Shown here in pieces: positions 8,906 through 19,304 of a stretch of DNA of 64,000 nucleotides (position 1 is its first letter; the number at the start of each line of letters is the position of its first letter). The translations under genes were made by a program, and so were the position numbers. This DNA comes from Thermodesulfobacteriota bacterium (GTDB taxonomy: Bacteria; Desulfobacterota; Desulfobacteria; Desulfobacterales; C00003060). The stretch spans positions 1-64,000 of the forward strand of contig JAXHVD010000004.1 in assembly GCA_034189385.1 (NCBI GenBank). The letters are read 5' to 3'. The notes under the pieces are model-generated. The model was given only the letters and a program-made list of their open reading frames with translations, was not told where the DNA came from and searched no databases.

Positions 8906-10438
8906 TCAAGGTTTCTTGCTTGTTTGGGCGGTGCAAGGCACACGAATCGTAAAGGTTGACCCTCTTCCACGTTCCGAGTCAACAGACATTGTCCCTCCGT
9001 GTCTCTGGACTATCTTTTGCGTAATCAGGAGGCCGAGACCGGTACCTTTTGCTCCCTTGGTGCTGAAAAAACCGGCAGTGATCTTTTCCTGCACTGTCTG
9101 GCTCATACCGCAACCGTTGTCAGAAACCTGAAGTGCCAAGACTCCATCACTCCCACGCCTTGTGGTGACCCGCACAAGGTTTCCCTTCCCCTCCTCTTGC
9201 GCAGACGCACAGGCGTCAATCGCATTACAGACCAGATTTAGCAGGCACCGATGAATCCCTTTAGGGTCCAGAGATACCTTGCCTATGGTCGCATCCAGAC
9301 CCCTGACAATCTCTATACCCGATTCCTCTGCCTTGCGATTCATGAGCTCGCACACCTCATCTGCAATGGCGTTGGGATCGCACGCTTCATATTCAGGCTT
9401 ACATTCTTTGGAATAGTCCAGGAGATCCAACACTAGGCTAGAAATCCTGCCGATACTTGGTTGAACGATGTCCCAGCCAGCCCTGATTTTACGCATATCC
9501 TCTTTTTTGAGCCCCTTATCTACTACATTGACGCCACCCTTCAGGCCAATCAAGATATTTCTAATGCAGTGGGCAAGACCGGCCACAGTTTCTCCAGTAG
9601 CAGCTAACCTTTCGGACCTTACGAGTTCCTGTTGTAACCGCTTCATCTCCCTTAGGTCGTGGAGAAATCTGACGCTACCAATGACCTTCCCATTTCGATG
9701 GAGCAGGCTCCCTGAAAATCTTACCGGTATCTTCTTGCCGCCTTTGTCTAAAACAAAGGCCTCCCGCCAGCTTCCCACACCCTCTTTATGGTATTCTCCA
9801 ACGTCAACACTTTGCCCGATTTCTTCGGCTGTCCCAGGCGGGTAAAGACTGCCAATGTTCTTCTTTCCTATCACCTCATTCTCAGAATAGCCAAGGATCT
9901 TCTCGGCCCCTTGGTTAAAGGTTATGATAGTCCCCTCTTCATCAGTGGCTATGATACCGTCGATGGAATGGCGAATCAGGTTGCCTTCAAAATCGAACCT
10001 CTCCCTCAATGCTTCTGTGGCTTCCTTGACACTACTTTCCAGATTGTCAGTATATGCCTTGAGCTTCCTTCTGGTATCGAATCTCTCCTCAGCCCGCCTT
10101 ATGGCAACGGATAGGGCCTTATTGCCAACAGGCTTTGTGATAAAATCCGAAGCGTCAAGTTGGAGAGATTGAATGGACAGGTTCATATCTCCATGGCCGG
10201 TAATGACAATGACCTCCGTTTCCGGGCTGATTTCTTTAATCTCTTTTAGTACCTCTATGCCATCCATACCAGGCATCTTGATATCGGTCAGTACAATAGG
10301 AGGTCTTTCTTGCTGGAATAGCTCCATCCCCGTTTTCCCGTCGCCGGCCGTGATGACCTCGTAACCTTTACTGCGCAGGTATAATCCCACAATTTTTCTT
10401 ACAGGTTCCTCATCATCGATAATTAGAAGCTTCGGCAT
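8906..10438 (-). CDS. Hybrid receiver-PAS-histidine kinase
   Basis: LLIIDDE..LTDIKMPG; PAS; AGLAHCIRNIL H-box; NLVCNAID, DNGCGM, GTGLGL. Confidence 0.92.
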   Translation of the reverse strand: MPKLLIIDDEEPVRKIVGLYLRSKGYEVITAGDGKTGMELFQQERPPIVLTDIKMPGMDGIEVLKEIKEISPETEVIVITGHGDMNLSIQSLQLDASDFITKPVGNKALSVAIRRAEERFDTRRKLKAYTDNLESSVKEATEALRERFDFEGNLIRHSIDGIIATDEEGTIITFNQGAEKILGYSENEVIGKKNIGSLYPPGTAEEIGQSVDVGEYHKEGVGSWREAFVLDKGGKKIPVRFSGSLLHRNGKVIGSVRFLHDLREMKRLQQELVRSERLAATGETVAGLAHCIRNILIGLKGGVNVVDKGLKKEDMRKIRAGWDIVQPSIGRISSLVLDLLDYSKECKPEYEACDPNAIADEVCELMNRKAEESGIEIVRGLDATIGKVSLDPKGIHRCLLNLVCNAIDACASAQEEGKGNLVRVTTRRGSDGVLALQVSDNGCGMSQTVQEKITAGFFSTKGAKGTGLGLLITQKIVQRHGGTMSVDSERGRGSTFTIRVPCTAQTSKKP

Positions 10439-10477
10439 TGATTTTCAAAAACCTCTTCGGTATCAGTCTTAGGCCCC

Positions 10478-12538
10478 TTATCCGTCTTCTGGAGATCCAG
10501 GGAACCGCAATTCAAAGGTTGTCCCCTTGCCTACTTTACTTTCTACCCTGATAGTTCCGCCATAATCCTTGACAATCCCGTAGCTGATAGAAAGCCCCAG
10601 TCCGGTGCCTTTGCCTACTTCCTTAGTGGTAAAAAAGGGATCGAATATCCTGTCTATAATATCGTCTGGAATGCCACTACCCGTGTCCGATACGGTAACT
10701 GTGACGTCTCCGTTGTCAAGGAAGGATTTTATCTGCAATAGCCTAGTTGAACGGGGTGCTTTCTCCTCCATGGCATGCCTGGCATTGGTCACCAAGTTTA
10801 TAAAGACCTGTTCTAGTTTATTGCTATCTGCCATGATGGGAGGCAAATTTTCATCCAGGTCCAATTCTAATTCAATTTCACGCAGTTTCAGTTGCTGACC
10901 CAATATTTTAAAAACATCTCGGATCGGTTTGTTGACATCTACCTCTTCAGCTTTGGTGTCCGCTATCCTGGCAAAATCTCGCATATGCTTAATAATTGCA
11001 GAGGCTCTATCCACCTGGTTGCTCATTTCTTCAGTCACCGTATTGAGTTCTTCACCGGTCACCTTTTTGCCCTCGCTCGCCATCTCTCTGAGAAAGTCAC
11101 TGCCGATCTTCATAACATTAAGTGGTTGGTTCAATTCATGGGCAATGCCCGCCGCCATTTCCCCCAAGGTCGCAAGTTTGCTAGCCTGAATTAACTGGGC
11201 TTCTTTCTCCACACTCTCTGTCACATCGGTCGTGGTAGCAATCAGGGCATCTCTTTCCATATAGCTGCAGCCACATACATGGATGTTTGTATAGAACAGC
11301 CTGCCGTCTTTTCTGCGGTGTTGCTTCTTGGAAAAAACGATAGACCTATGATCCGTGACATCTTTGAAACGTACCATAATTTCTTGTGCATCTTCCTTAT
11401 AACCCAGATCTAGGAAAGACATGTTCAGAAGCTCTTCTTTCGAATAGCCATAATGGACCTCAGCCCTGCCATTTGCGTCCAGAATCTTCAGTGTTTCACG
11501 ATCCAGAATAAAAATAGGGTTCGGATCGCTATCAAATAGGAGCCTATATTTTTCCTCCGACTGCCTCAGCTCTTTCTCAGAGGCCTTTAACTTGTCAAGC
11601 ATATGTTTAAATGAATCGGCCAACTGAACCATTTCGTCGCCCACATGGCTTCTGTAGACCTTGCATTTTCGGCACTCCTCCAACTTTTCTGGGAAGCTTC
11701 CTGAAGCCTGGCCTTGACAGAGGGTCCCATCCTGGTACCAACAGAGCGTCTCAGGATTTCCATGTGCCGGGCAGTTCGTTTTGTCACATTTTTCCACTTC
11801 CCAGCATTTCAGCCTCCTACCAAATTCGAATCCTGGCTTTCCCCTACTGATCTCATCGGCCAGGTCGGTCAGGGTGCAAAGGGGTCGTGTAATGTATTTT
11901 GACAAGAATAGAGTCAGGAAAAAAGCCACAACGACGATAGAAACAACTCCCAAGGTAATCTCTCTATTCCTGAGGGCTGCGATCCTCTCCTCTATGGGGC
12001 CCCAGCTAATGCCTACGGTCAAGACGCCCAGTATTCTGTCTTCAGCCCAATGGCACTTATGACACGTTGTTTCATTGGCGATGGGCATGGCATGCTCAAG
12101 TATTTTTTCTCTTCCCTGCATCTCCAAGCCCTTTACGAGGGAATGCGTGCGTAACGCCTTCTTGGCAGCCTCAGAATGATCACGTTGGCCTATGTTGGCC
12201 GGTAATCCACTATATTTGATGGTACCCTTAAGATCGCAAAGATTTACCACTGTCACATTTTGCAAGGTGTACAAGCTCTCCAAGATGGCCTGGACGTCCT
12301 CCATCTCTCCGTCGAGCATGGGATACTCAATACTTCTCATGACGGTGTCACTAATCTCATAGGCTCGTTCTTCCTGTTTGTTAAAGTGGAACTTCGTGCG
12401 CGTCACCATGTCATAATAGGTGAAAAGGCCCATGACGACGGTCAGGATCGCGCTCACACCCAATATGACCTTAACCGTCAAGCTGGCTACATGGAGCCTA
12501 GACCGTAGCCTCTCCAAAAATCGCATCGTTCGTCCCAT
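10478..12538 (-). CDS. Membrane sensor histidine kinase: periplasmic CxxCH domain, HAMP interrupted by a two-CW module, PAS, kinase
   Basis: Two TM segments flanking [28 protein letters not shown]; start at ATG 12538 after GGAG (ORF track gives GTG 12568). Confidence 0.9.
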   Translation of the reverse strand: MGRTMRFLERLRSRLHVASLTVKVILGVSAILTVVMGLFTYYDMVTRTKFHFNKQEERAYEISDTVMRSIEYPMLDGEMEDVQAILESLYTLQNVTVVNLCDLKGTIKYSGLPANIGQRDHSEAAKKALRTHSLVKGLEMQGREKILEHAMPIANETTCHKCHWAEDRILGVLTVGISWGPIEERIAALRNREITLGVVSIVVVAFFLTLFLSKYITRPLCTLTDLADEISRGKPGFEFGRRLKCWEVEKCDKTNCPAHGNPETLCWYQDGTLCQGQASGSFPEKLEECRKCKVYRSHVGDEMVQLADSFKHMLDKLKASEKELRQSEEKYRLLFDSDPNPIFILDRETLKILDANGRAEVHYGYSKEELLNMSFLDLGYKEDAQEIMVRFKDVTDHRSIVFSKKQHRRKDGRLFYTNIHVCGCSYMERDALIATTTDVTESVEKEAQLIQASKLATLGEMAAGIAHELNQPLNVMKIGSDFLREMASEGKKVTGEELNTVTEEMSNQVDRASAIIKHMRDFARIADTKAEEVDVNKPIRDVFKILGQQLKLREIELELDLDENLPPIMADSNKLEQVFINLVTNARHAMEEKAPRSTRLLQIKSFLDNGDVTVTVSDTGSGIPDDIIDRIFDPFFTTKEVGKGTGLGLSISYGIVKDYGGTIRVESKVGKGTTFELRFPGSPEDG

Positions 12539-12589
12539 CTTCTTGACTCCCGATATGCCCACGCTCACAGCGGCAGGTCTGGCAACAGC

Positions 12590-13024
12590 TTAATATCCAG
12601 GATGCTTGTGGCCGCTGTGACAGGTTGTGCAAAGATTCTGTGGTATGCTCAATGTCTCCTGATGCTCCAACTTGGTAGGAGCTTTGAGGTGAAGGCTGGC
12701 CGGTCCGTGGCAACTTTCACACTGCTTGTTGACCATTCCCGGGGTCTCTTCCATACTGCTAAATCCTCCCGTCTTACCGTAGCCTGTCGTATGGCAAGGC
12801 AGACAGTTTGGGTCATGATCTTTTCTTCTCATCTGTATAATCCGAAAGTTTTTTGAGTATTTCCACGAGTAGTAGCTCTCCACATGTTCTGGATGGCACT
12901 CTTTGCACTTCTCCATGCCCACATAGGTGGCCTTCTCTTTTTCACTCCACACATAGGGTGCGAACAAGGCAAAGAGGCAAACAGCAAAAACCCCCATGGC
13001 CATGGTACAAATTAATTGTCTCAT
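12590..13024 (-). CDS. Periplasmic tetraheme cytochrome c (c554-like)
   Basis: Signal/anchor sequence then CKECH, CLPCH, CESCHGP, CTTCH; ATG 13024 with GGAGG RBS. Confidence 0.88.
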   Translation of the reverse strand: MRQLICTMAMGVFAVCLFALFAPYVWSEKEKATYVGMEKCKECHPEHVESYYSWKYSKNFRIIQMRRKDHDPNCLPCHTTGYGKTGGFSSMEETPGMVNKQCESCHGPASLHLKAPTKLEHQETLSIPQNLCTTCHSGHKHPGY

Positions 13025-13373
13025 CGGGACCTCCCATACTTCTTCCGTGGTATTATCATAACACATTAAAATAAAATGTTATTATTACGCAGAAACCGAC
13101 CCAGAAAAAAAGCAACCGTGTTTTCAATCCTTGTCCCTGTGCCATAAAACGTTTGACATCTACTAACAGGACGGGGTAAGATTTCTTTGCTTTAACTGGC
13201 TGGTATTGTACAACCTTTTTGCAGCGGCAAGCAACCTTCGGTTAACCCCTCCATCAGAAAATGGTAAACTAAATCTAAAGTAATCCACCAGTTCAACATG
13301 GCACGAGTCTCGTCAGATCAACTGATTTGCAAGGATTGATGCTGACCGATTTTCACAATTAAAGGAGCGAGGC

Positions 13374-13736
13374 ATGGAAAAATTCTTGTTCGTCATCTCC
13401 AAGGGATTTGAAAAATCAGGAGCTGCAACGCGAGCATTACAGTTAGCGAGCATTACAGCGGGAAAGGGTCTTCATGTGGAGATCTTCTTGATCGATGACG
13501 CCATCCATTGGGCTCAGTTAGGCATGGCTGAAGGCATCCGTGCCACGACAGGTGAACATATGAAAGACCTTCTGGACGAACTCATCAGTAAGAAGACCCC
13601 TATCCATGTTTGTGCAGCCTGTGCAAATAAGAGGCTTGTTTCACCAGATGACTGCATTGAAGGCTCTGTGGTCTCTGGGGCAGCTGTACTTGTGGACATG
13701 ATGATTGATCCCCAGTACAAAGTGTTTACCTTTTAG
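13374..13736 (+). CDS. DsrE family protein
   Basis: VEIFLIDDAIHW..HVCAACANKR, 120 aa, AAGGAG RBS. Confidence 0.8.
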   Translation: MEKFLFVISKGFEKSGAATRALQLASITAGKGLHVEIFLIDDAIHWAQLGMAEGIRATTGEHMKDLLDELISKKTPIHVCAACANKRLVSPDDCIEGSVVSGAAVLVDMMIDPQYKVFTF

Positions 13737-13767
13737 AGAATGACGAAGCGGTTTTGCCTTGCCTTAT

Positions 13768-14151
13768 TCAGGGCAACAAATCGTTTACCATTTTGAGAAC
13801 CGTCTCTGGGTTCATTGGCTTTTCAATATATCCCTCGGGCGCTGGGATGTCTTGATCTTGTCTTACCAATACGTCGTCAAATCCCCCACCTCTTGTAATC
13901 CCTGTAACAATGATAACGGGAATATTCTTGGTTTCATCGTCATGCTTCAGATTCTGATACATGCCAATGCCACCCTGTTCGGGCATCATGATATCCATCA
14001 ATATGAGATCTGGTTTCTCTGCCTTGGCCTTATTCATTCCTTCTCTGCCATCCATAGCAGTTATTAATGTGTGACCAGTTTCTTCCAATATGGTGGATGC
14101 AAAGTCTATTTGCTCAATTTCGTCATCAACGATGAGGATCTTTTTCGCCAT
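13768..14151 (-). CDS. Single-domain response regulator
   Basis: MAKKILIVDDE..LMDIMMPEQGG..YIEKP. Confidence 0.88.
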   Translation of the reverse strand: MAKKILIVDDEIEQIDFASTILEETGHTLITAMDGREGMNKAKAEKPDLILMDIMMPEQGGIGMYQNLKHDDETKNIPVIIVTGITRGGGFDDVLVRQDQDIPAPEGYIEKPMNPETVLKMVNDLLP

Positions 14152-14219
14152 AGCAGCCGTCTCCCTCCCATCTCTTTGCACCTTTTCCAGCCCCCTGGAC
14201 CATGCACCAAAGGTCTTCC

Positions 14220-15800
14220 TTAACTCTTGGGGGCCGTCCCATTGCCCGACCTTTCCTTATCGCAGGGGAAACGCATGGTAAAAGTTGTGCCCTTGCCAGG
14301 ACTTGACTTAAAAGAGATACGCCCCCTATGTTCATCAACGATCTTTCTCGTCACCAGCAACCCCAAACCAGTGCCCTTGGGACCCTTCGTAGAAAAAAAA
14401 CGTTCAAACAGTTTCTCCTGGACTTTGTCGGTCATGCCCGAGCCGTTGTCTACAACATCAAATCTCACACCCTCGTCTTCCTTCCTGGTCCTAATGATAA
14501 TAGAGAAATCCTTGTCTTCATCGGACTCCAAGGTACAGGCATCAATGGCGTTGGTGACCAAATTAAGGAGACACCGGTGCACCCCTGTTGGATCCATGTA
14601 GCAATGACTAATAGATGGATCCAGATCCTTGAATAGCTTCACCCTGTATTGCCTTTTGGTAAGATCATGCACTTTGGCGGCCTCGGCTTCAAGGGTCTCA
14701 TGCATGAGATTGTAGACCTCTTGGGCGATATCATTTGGGGAACAATCTACGTAATCCGGTTCACGTTCTTTGGAATAGATGAGCATATTCATGACCAGAT
14801 CAGAAATTCTGCCAACGTTGTTCTCTACCATGGCCCAGCCCTTGGGTAAAAGATCCGGCTTGTTTTTCTTTAGGCTTGTATTGACTATATAGACTCCGCC
14901 CTGCAGCCCATTTAAGATATTCTTGGTGTAATGGGCCATGCCCGCCACCGCCTGCCCAATAGCGGATAACCTTTCGCTTTGTATCAATTCTCTCTCCAGT
15001 CGTTTGATTTCCCGCAAATCCTGAAAAAAGCACACAATGCCTGTGGCCCTTCCCTCCTCAAAAAGGGCTGCTCCTGATATGCGTACAGGGATTTCTTTGC
15101 CGCTTTTTGAGAGTAGGGGGATCTCATAGTTGACAAGTCGGTTTTTCCCTCCATAGGCTTCAGCTGCAAACGTCTCATGGACAGTCTTACTAGCGCCCGG
15201 CGGGTATATGCTATCGATGTCCATCTTCCCGATAACCTCAGATGCTGTCCGGCCCGTCAACTCCTCCGCCCCCTGATTGAAAACCAGAATGGTGCCATCT
15301 TCGTCAGCGGCGATGATCCCGTCAATAGAGTTCTGGATCAGGTTTGTTTGAAAATCGTGGGCCTTTTGTAACTCCGCTGTGGCCTCCTTGACCATCACCT
15401 CCAGATTGTCTGTATACTCTTTCAGCCTCCTCCTTATTTCCATTCGTTCCTTGGCGCGTTTTAAGGCAACGGACAGGGCCTGATTGTCCACAGGCTTGGT
15501 GATAAAATCTGAGGCGTCGAGCTGAAGGGCTTGGACGGCCAGGTCCATGTCCCCGTGTCCGGTAATCACGATAATCTCAGTCTCAGGGTTCATCTCTTTA
15601 ACCCTTTTGAGCACCTCAATCCCGTCCATACCAGGCATTTTTATGTCTGTTAACACAACTGCGGGGCTTTCTTGCTGGAATGCCTCTATCCCCTCCCGGC
15701 CATCGGCTGCTGTGATGACCTCATAGTCTTTACTGCGCAAATACAGCCCCAACACCTTTCTTATGGGCTCCTCATCATCGATAAGCAAGATTTTCAACAT
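14220..15800 (-). CDS. Hybrid receiver-PAS-histidine kinase (paralog of 8906-10438)
   Basis: LLIDDE..LTDIKMPG; AGMAHYTKNIL; NLVTNAID; GTGLGL. Confidence 0.92.
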   Translation of the reverse strand: MLKILLIDDEEPIRKVLGLYLRSKDYEVITAADGREGIEAFQQESPAVVLTDIKMPGMDGIEVLKRVKEMNPETEIIVITGHGDMDLAVQALQLDASDFITKPVDNQALSVALKRAKERMEIRRRLKEYTDNLEVMVKEATAELQKAHDFQTNLIQNSIDGIIAADEDGTILVFNQGAEELTGRTASEVIGKMDIDSIYPPGASKTVHETFAAEAYGGKNRLVNYEIPLLSKSGKEIPVRISGAALFEEGRATGIVCFFQDLREIKRLERELIQSERLSAIGQAVAGMAHYTKNILNGLQGGVYIVNTSLKKNKPDLLPKGWAMVENNVGRISDLVMNMLIYSKEREPDYVDCSPNDIAQEVYNLMHETLEAEAAKVHDLTKRQYRVKLFKDLDPSISHCYMDPTGVHRCLLNLVTNAIDACTLESDEDKDFSIIIRTRKEDEGVRFDVVDNGSGMTDKVQEKLFERFFSTKGPKGTGLGLLVTRKIVDEHRGRISFKSSPGKGTTFTMRFPCDKERSGNGTAPKS

Positions 15801-15933
15801 CTATCTTCAATCTCCCGCGGGGCTTTTCTTCACGTTTCCCAAGAATCAATCGGCGGACGCACGTAATCATGCTCACAAGGCCGTTTCAATACCGGCACTA
15901 CTGCCTAACGTTATCATCAAAATCAGGGAAAGA

Positions 15934-16030
15934 TCAAGCCCCACCATAGTCCCAGATGATAGGATGGCTGATGGAAAGCCCAAGTCCGGTGCCCTTTCCT
16001 CCTTCCTCATAGCGAAAAACCTTTCAAATC
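15934..16030 (-). pseudogene. Decayed HATPase C-terminal fragment
   Basis: Minus strand encodes FERFF then, after a frameshift, [21 protein letters not shown]; compare [20 protein letters not shown] in the 10478 kinase. Confidence 0.6.
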
Positions 16031-16048
16031 GGCAGCCCGTCTCTACGA

Positions 16049-16351
16049 TTACACATGACGAACGAGCCTGAGCAGACTGTCTGCATTCACTGGTTTCTTG
16101 ATATATCCATCAGGGGCCGGGATGTCTTGACCCTCTCCCATCATAATGTCCTTGAACTGTCTGCCCAATGGACCGGAATCTATCTTCGCAATGGTCGTCA
16201 CAATAATGACGGGGATGTTCCTGGTTTCCTCGTCATGCTTGAGTTCATGATACATTGCAATGCCACCCCGTTCTGGCATCAATATATCCAAGAAGATGAG
16301 ATTGGGTTTGTCGGCCCTGACTTTCTTCATGCCTTCCTTCCCGTGGCACAC
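16049..16351 (-). pseudogene. 5'-truncated response regulator (paralog of 13768-14151)
   Basis: LIFLDILMPERGGIAMYHELKHDEETRNIPVIIVT..YIKKP but no N-terminal ILIVDDE strand. Confidence 0.6.
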
Positions 16352-16565
16352 CCCTCTTTTCGATCACGAAACCCCATCGGTTTGAGTCAAAGCTTCGCTA
16401 GACGAATGGCTCTCTGATAGGGCCATACTACGTTCCATGGCTATGGCCAAATTATAAGCCATCTCACTCATCTGCATACAGCGGGCGTTGGCCTGATAGG
16501 TGTTGGTTATGGGATCTGGTCAAAGTTAAGGCCAGTTTCAATTTCTAGAAGAATCGTAGGACTGG

Positions 16566-18059
16566 TCATAACTGTGGCACAGCGAATGCGATGATGTTGG
16601 ACAAAATCGCCTGATTGTACAGGCCTATCAGAATGATACCTAGGGCTATAGCAATGGTTGGAATTAACATGCTCAGGGGGGCCTCGTCTATTATGGCGCC
16701 GTGGCCCGCCGCGCTGTGGGTGTTTCCCCCGTGAGATGCCTGGAAGACGTATCCAATTTCAATCACGCGAAAAAAGAGAACCACGCTAATGAGACTCGAT
16801 AAAAGCAAGGCGATGAGAAAGGCCCAATGATCAGCTATGACGGCCCCCTGAATAAGATACCACTTGCTAAAAAATCCGCAGGTGGGGGGAACTCCGATGA
16901 TGGACAAGGCACCGACCACGAAAGCAAACATGGTAAAGGGCATCTTTTTGAAGAGGCCGTGAAAATCAGATATATCATGGGATTTCGTCTTGTACATGAT
17001 GATGCCAGCAACCGTAAAGAGCCCTACCGTCATCACGGCATCATTGAGGATATGAAGGACTGCTCCCTTCATGGCTATCGTGTTGGCCAATCCTACGCCA
17101 CCAACAATATAACCCACCTCTGCCACTACAACATAACAGAGCATCCTTTTGAAATCAGTCTGGGCAAGGGCCATTATGCCGCCCCCTAAAATGGCAACGA
17201 AGCCGGCCCAGACCATGATGTCCGTAATCGGTAGCAGCTCTATAGATAAGTGGGGCTTAAACACGCTAAAAAGGACTCTGATCATCACATAGAGCGATAT
17301 CTTGGTCATCAAGGGGGCAATCAGGGCGCTGGTAGCTGAAGGGGCCTTTGTATAGGCGTCCGGCAGCCACACATGGACAGGGAAAAGGGCCATCTTGACT
17401 GCTAACCCCGCAAGGAGGAATGCGATGGCTGTTAGAATGACCCTTGAATCGTACAATTGGGGAAGTAGTTGATAAACATCGGCCATATTAAGAGAACCGA
17501 TTGATATATAGATGTAGCCAACACCTAATAGATAAAAACAAGCGCCGATGGTTCCCATGACAATGTATCTGAAAGTGGCCAGGGGGGCCCCATCCTCGCC
17601 AATGGCGATCAGGGCATAGCCGGCCAGAGAGCCAATCTCCAAGAACACATAAAGATTGAAGAGATCTCCGGTGATGACGATGCCCAAAAAACCCGTCACC
17701 TGCAGCAAAAACACCGTGTAAAAGTAAACGACTCTTCCGGGCAATTCCTGTTCAACGGTTCGCTTCGAATACAAGGCCACAATCAGGCTGATCGAAGAGA
17801 CGATCACCAACATCATGGCATTGAGATGGTCCACCACATATTCGATCCCGAAGGGAGGGGCCCAGCCCCCCAGACGATAGTGAATAGTGCCGCTGGCTAT
17901 CACGGCAAACAGGGTGTTAATAGATGCCAGAACACACAATGAAAGGGCAACAATGGCCCAAAGGTAGCATAGGCCTCGCCTCCACAGTCCAATAAGGGGA
18001 CAAAAAAGGGAAGATACCAAAGGAATGACAACAATGAGGATGGGGATCTGCGCTATCAT
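16566..18059 (-). CDS. mrpD: Mrp cation/H+ antiporter subunit D (cluster 1)
   Basis: YRLGGWAPPFGIEY, DLFNLYVFLEI, KMALFPVHVWLPDAY, GFFSKWYL. Confidence 0.9.
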   Translation of the reverse strand: MIAQIPILIVVIPLVSSLFCPLIGLWRRGLCYLWAIVALSLCVLASINTLFAVIASGTIHYRLGGWAPPFGIEYVVDHLNAMMLVIVSSISLIVALYSKRTVEQELPGRVVYFYTVFLLQVTGFLGIVITGDLFNLYVFLEIGSLAGYALIAIGEDGAPLATFRYIVMGTIGACFYLLGVGYIYISIGSLNMADVYQLLPQLYDSRVILTAIAFLLAGLAVKMALFPVHVWLPDAYTKAPSATSALIAPLMTKISLYVMIRVLFSVFKPHLSIELLPITDIMVWAGFVAILGGGIMALAQTDFKRMLCYVVVAEVGYIVGGVGLANTIAMKGAVLHILNDAVMTVGLFTVAGIIMYKTKSHDISDFHGLFKKMPFTMFAFVVGALSIIGVPPTCGFFSKWYLIQGAVIADHWAFLIALLLSSLISVVLFFRVIEIGYVFQASHGGNTHSAAGHGAIIDEAPLSMLIPTIAIALGIILIGLYNQAILSNIIAFAVPQL

Positions 18060-18063
18060 CTTC

Positions 18064-18459
18064 TCAACCTCTCTTTATGCTCATGATGATTTCGTCTTCT
18101 TCTAATGTGTTATATCTCCTGTAAATCATGATGCAGACCGCTACGGCCACGCCCAGAGTAGCCACCATGACCACAATGGCCGTAAGCATGAGCACATGGG
18201 GTAAGGGATTGGCATATTGCATGATGTTAACGGCATGGTGAGCACCATGGCCTCCGTGGCCATGCTCCAGAATGGGAACGGTGACCCCACCCTTCTTGAC
18301 GGATGTGGAGATATAAAAAAGTATGATAGCAGACTGAAATATGTTCATCCCGATGATCTTCTTGATCAAATTCTTCTTTGCCATCATCGCGTAGAAGCCT
18401 ATCATCATTAGACCTACATAAGCCCAATAGTTATAATGGCTCACAACGAATTCAAACAT
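18064..18459 (-). CDS. mrpC: Mrp antiporter subunit C (cluster 1)
   Basis: NLIKKIIGMNI..NPLPHVLMLTAIVV..YNTLEEDEI. Confidence 0.9.
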   Translation of the reverse strand: MFEFVVSHYNYWAYVGLMMIGFYAMMAKKNLIKKIIGMNIFQSAIILFYISTSVKKGGVTVPILEHGHGGHGAHHAVNIMQYANPLPHVLMLTAIVVMVATLGVAVAVCIMIYRRYNTLEEDEIIMSIKRG

Positions 18460-18469
18460 GGCGCTTCTC

Positions 18470-18745
18470 CTACTTGCTACGTCCCCTTCTCAATAATAAT
18501 ATGCATGCCATGCCAGCCGTAAAGATAACCGTGGTCTCCCCCAGGGTGTCATAACCTCTGTAGTCAGCCAGGACCGAGGTCACCACATTAGGCGTTGCCG
18601 TTTGTTCCAGGCTGTGGTGAAGGTAATAGGCCGATACATGTGTACTGGCGGCAGAATGGGGGTCACCCCATTTGGGCATATCGAGGGTCCCATAGATGAG
18701 TCCGGCCCCGACAAGTACTCCGGTAATAACGCTTAAGGTTTTCAA
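18470..18745 (-). CDS. MbhE/MrpA-C-terminal-like small subunit (cluster 1)
   Basis: PNVVTSVLADYRGYDTLGETTVI. Confidence 0.85.
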   Translation of the reverse strand: MKTLSVITGVLVGAGLIYGTLDMPKWGDPHSAASTHVSAYYLHHSLEQTATPNVVTSVLADYRGYDTLGETTVIFTAGMACILLLRRGRSK

Positions 18746-18987
18746 TCTTTTGACCTCCTCTCCGTTTTACTCACTGCCCCGATCATGAGCACCGTTCCGA
18801 TACTGGCACTTACAGAGGCTTCTGTAAATGCCACATCAACGGCGGCCATTTGAGTCCAAAGGAGACACATCAGGAAGCTATAGGCACCCAGAATGACGAC
18901 TGCACTCAAAAGGTCTCTGATGGTAATAGCTGCCACGGCACAGATGAATACAAAAAGAATTAAGATGAGATCCAAGGGGAGAATCAT
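18742..18987 (-). CDS. DUF4040/MbhD-like Mrp subunit (cluster 1)
   Basis: AVDVAFTEASV motif; ATG 18987 overlaps the mrpG stop. Confidence 0.85.
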   Translation of the reverse strand: MILPLDLILILFVFICAVAAITIRDLLSAVVILGAYSFLMCLLWTQMAAVDVAFTEASVSASIGTVLMIGAVSKTERRSKD

Positions 18988-19304
18988 TTTTCGCCTCCTT
19001 TTGCCAGAGTCCACGGCCGGACATTACATCTGAAGGCCGCCCTTGAGATAGCGTGGGTGGCTGTGGGTTGTGCCAGGAATAAAAACACCGCTATAAAGAC
19101 AATCTTTGCGCTCGTGAGTGTAAATCCGTGGTATACGGCAAGCCCGGCAAGGGACCAAAGGGCCGCCAGGGTATCTCCCTTGCCAGTGGCATGGAGTCTG
19201 GTAAAAAAATCGGGTAAACGTAGCAGGCCCAAGGTGGCCGTGGCAAAGAAGAAGAAACCACCCAACATAAACAATACCGCTAGAATGTCTTTGACTGGCA
19301 TCAC
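18984..19304 (-). CDS. mrpG: Mrp antiporter subunit G (cluster 1)
   Basis: GLLRLPDFFTRLHATGKGDTL..PTATHAI. Confidence 0.9.
   Translation of the reverse strand: MMPVKDILAVLFMLGGFFFFATATLGLLRLPDFFTRLHATGKGDTLAALWSLAGLAVYHGFTLTSAKIVFIAVFLFLAQPTATHAISRAAFRCNVRPWTLAKGGEK

Noticed and set aside
13130..13315. TGGCAC half-sites near the cytochrome and DsrE genes (also at about 28778 and 59850)
   Set aside because: -12 element absent or spacing wrong (N9, or AG/GT in place of GC)
16363..16510. Short minus-strand frame TYQANARCMQMSEMAYNLAI resembling a flagellar rod C-terminus
   Set aside because: Too short, no good start, no flagellar context
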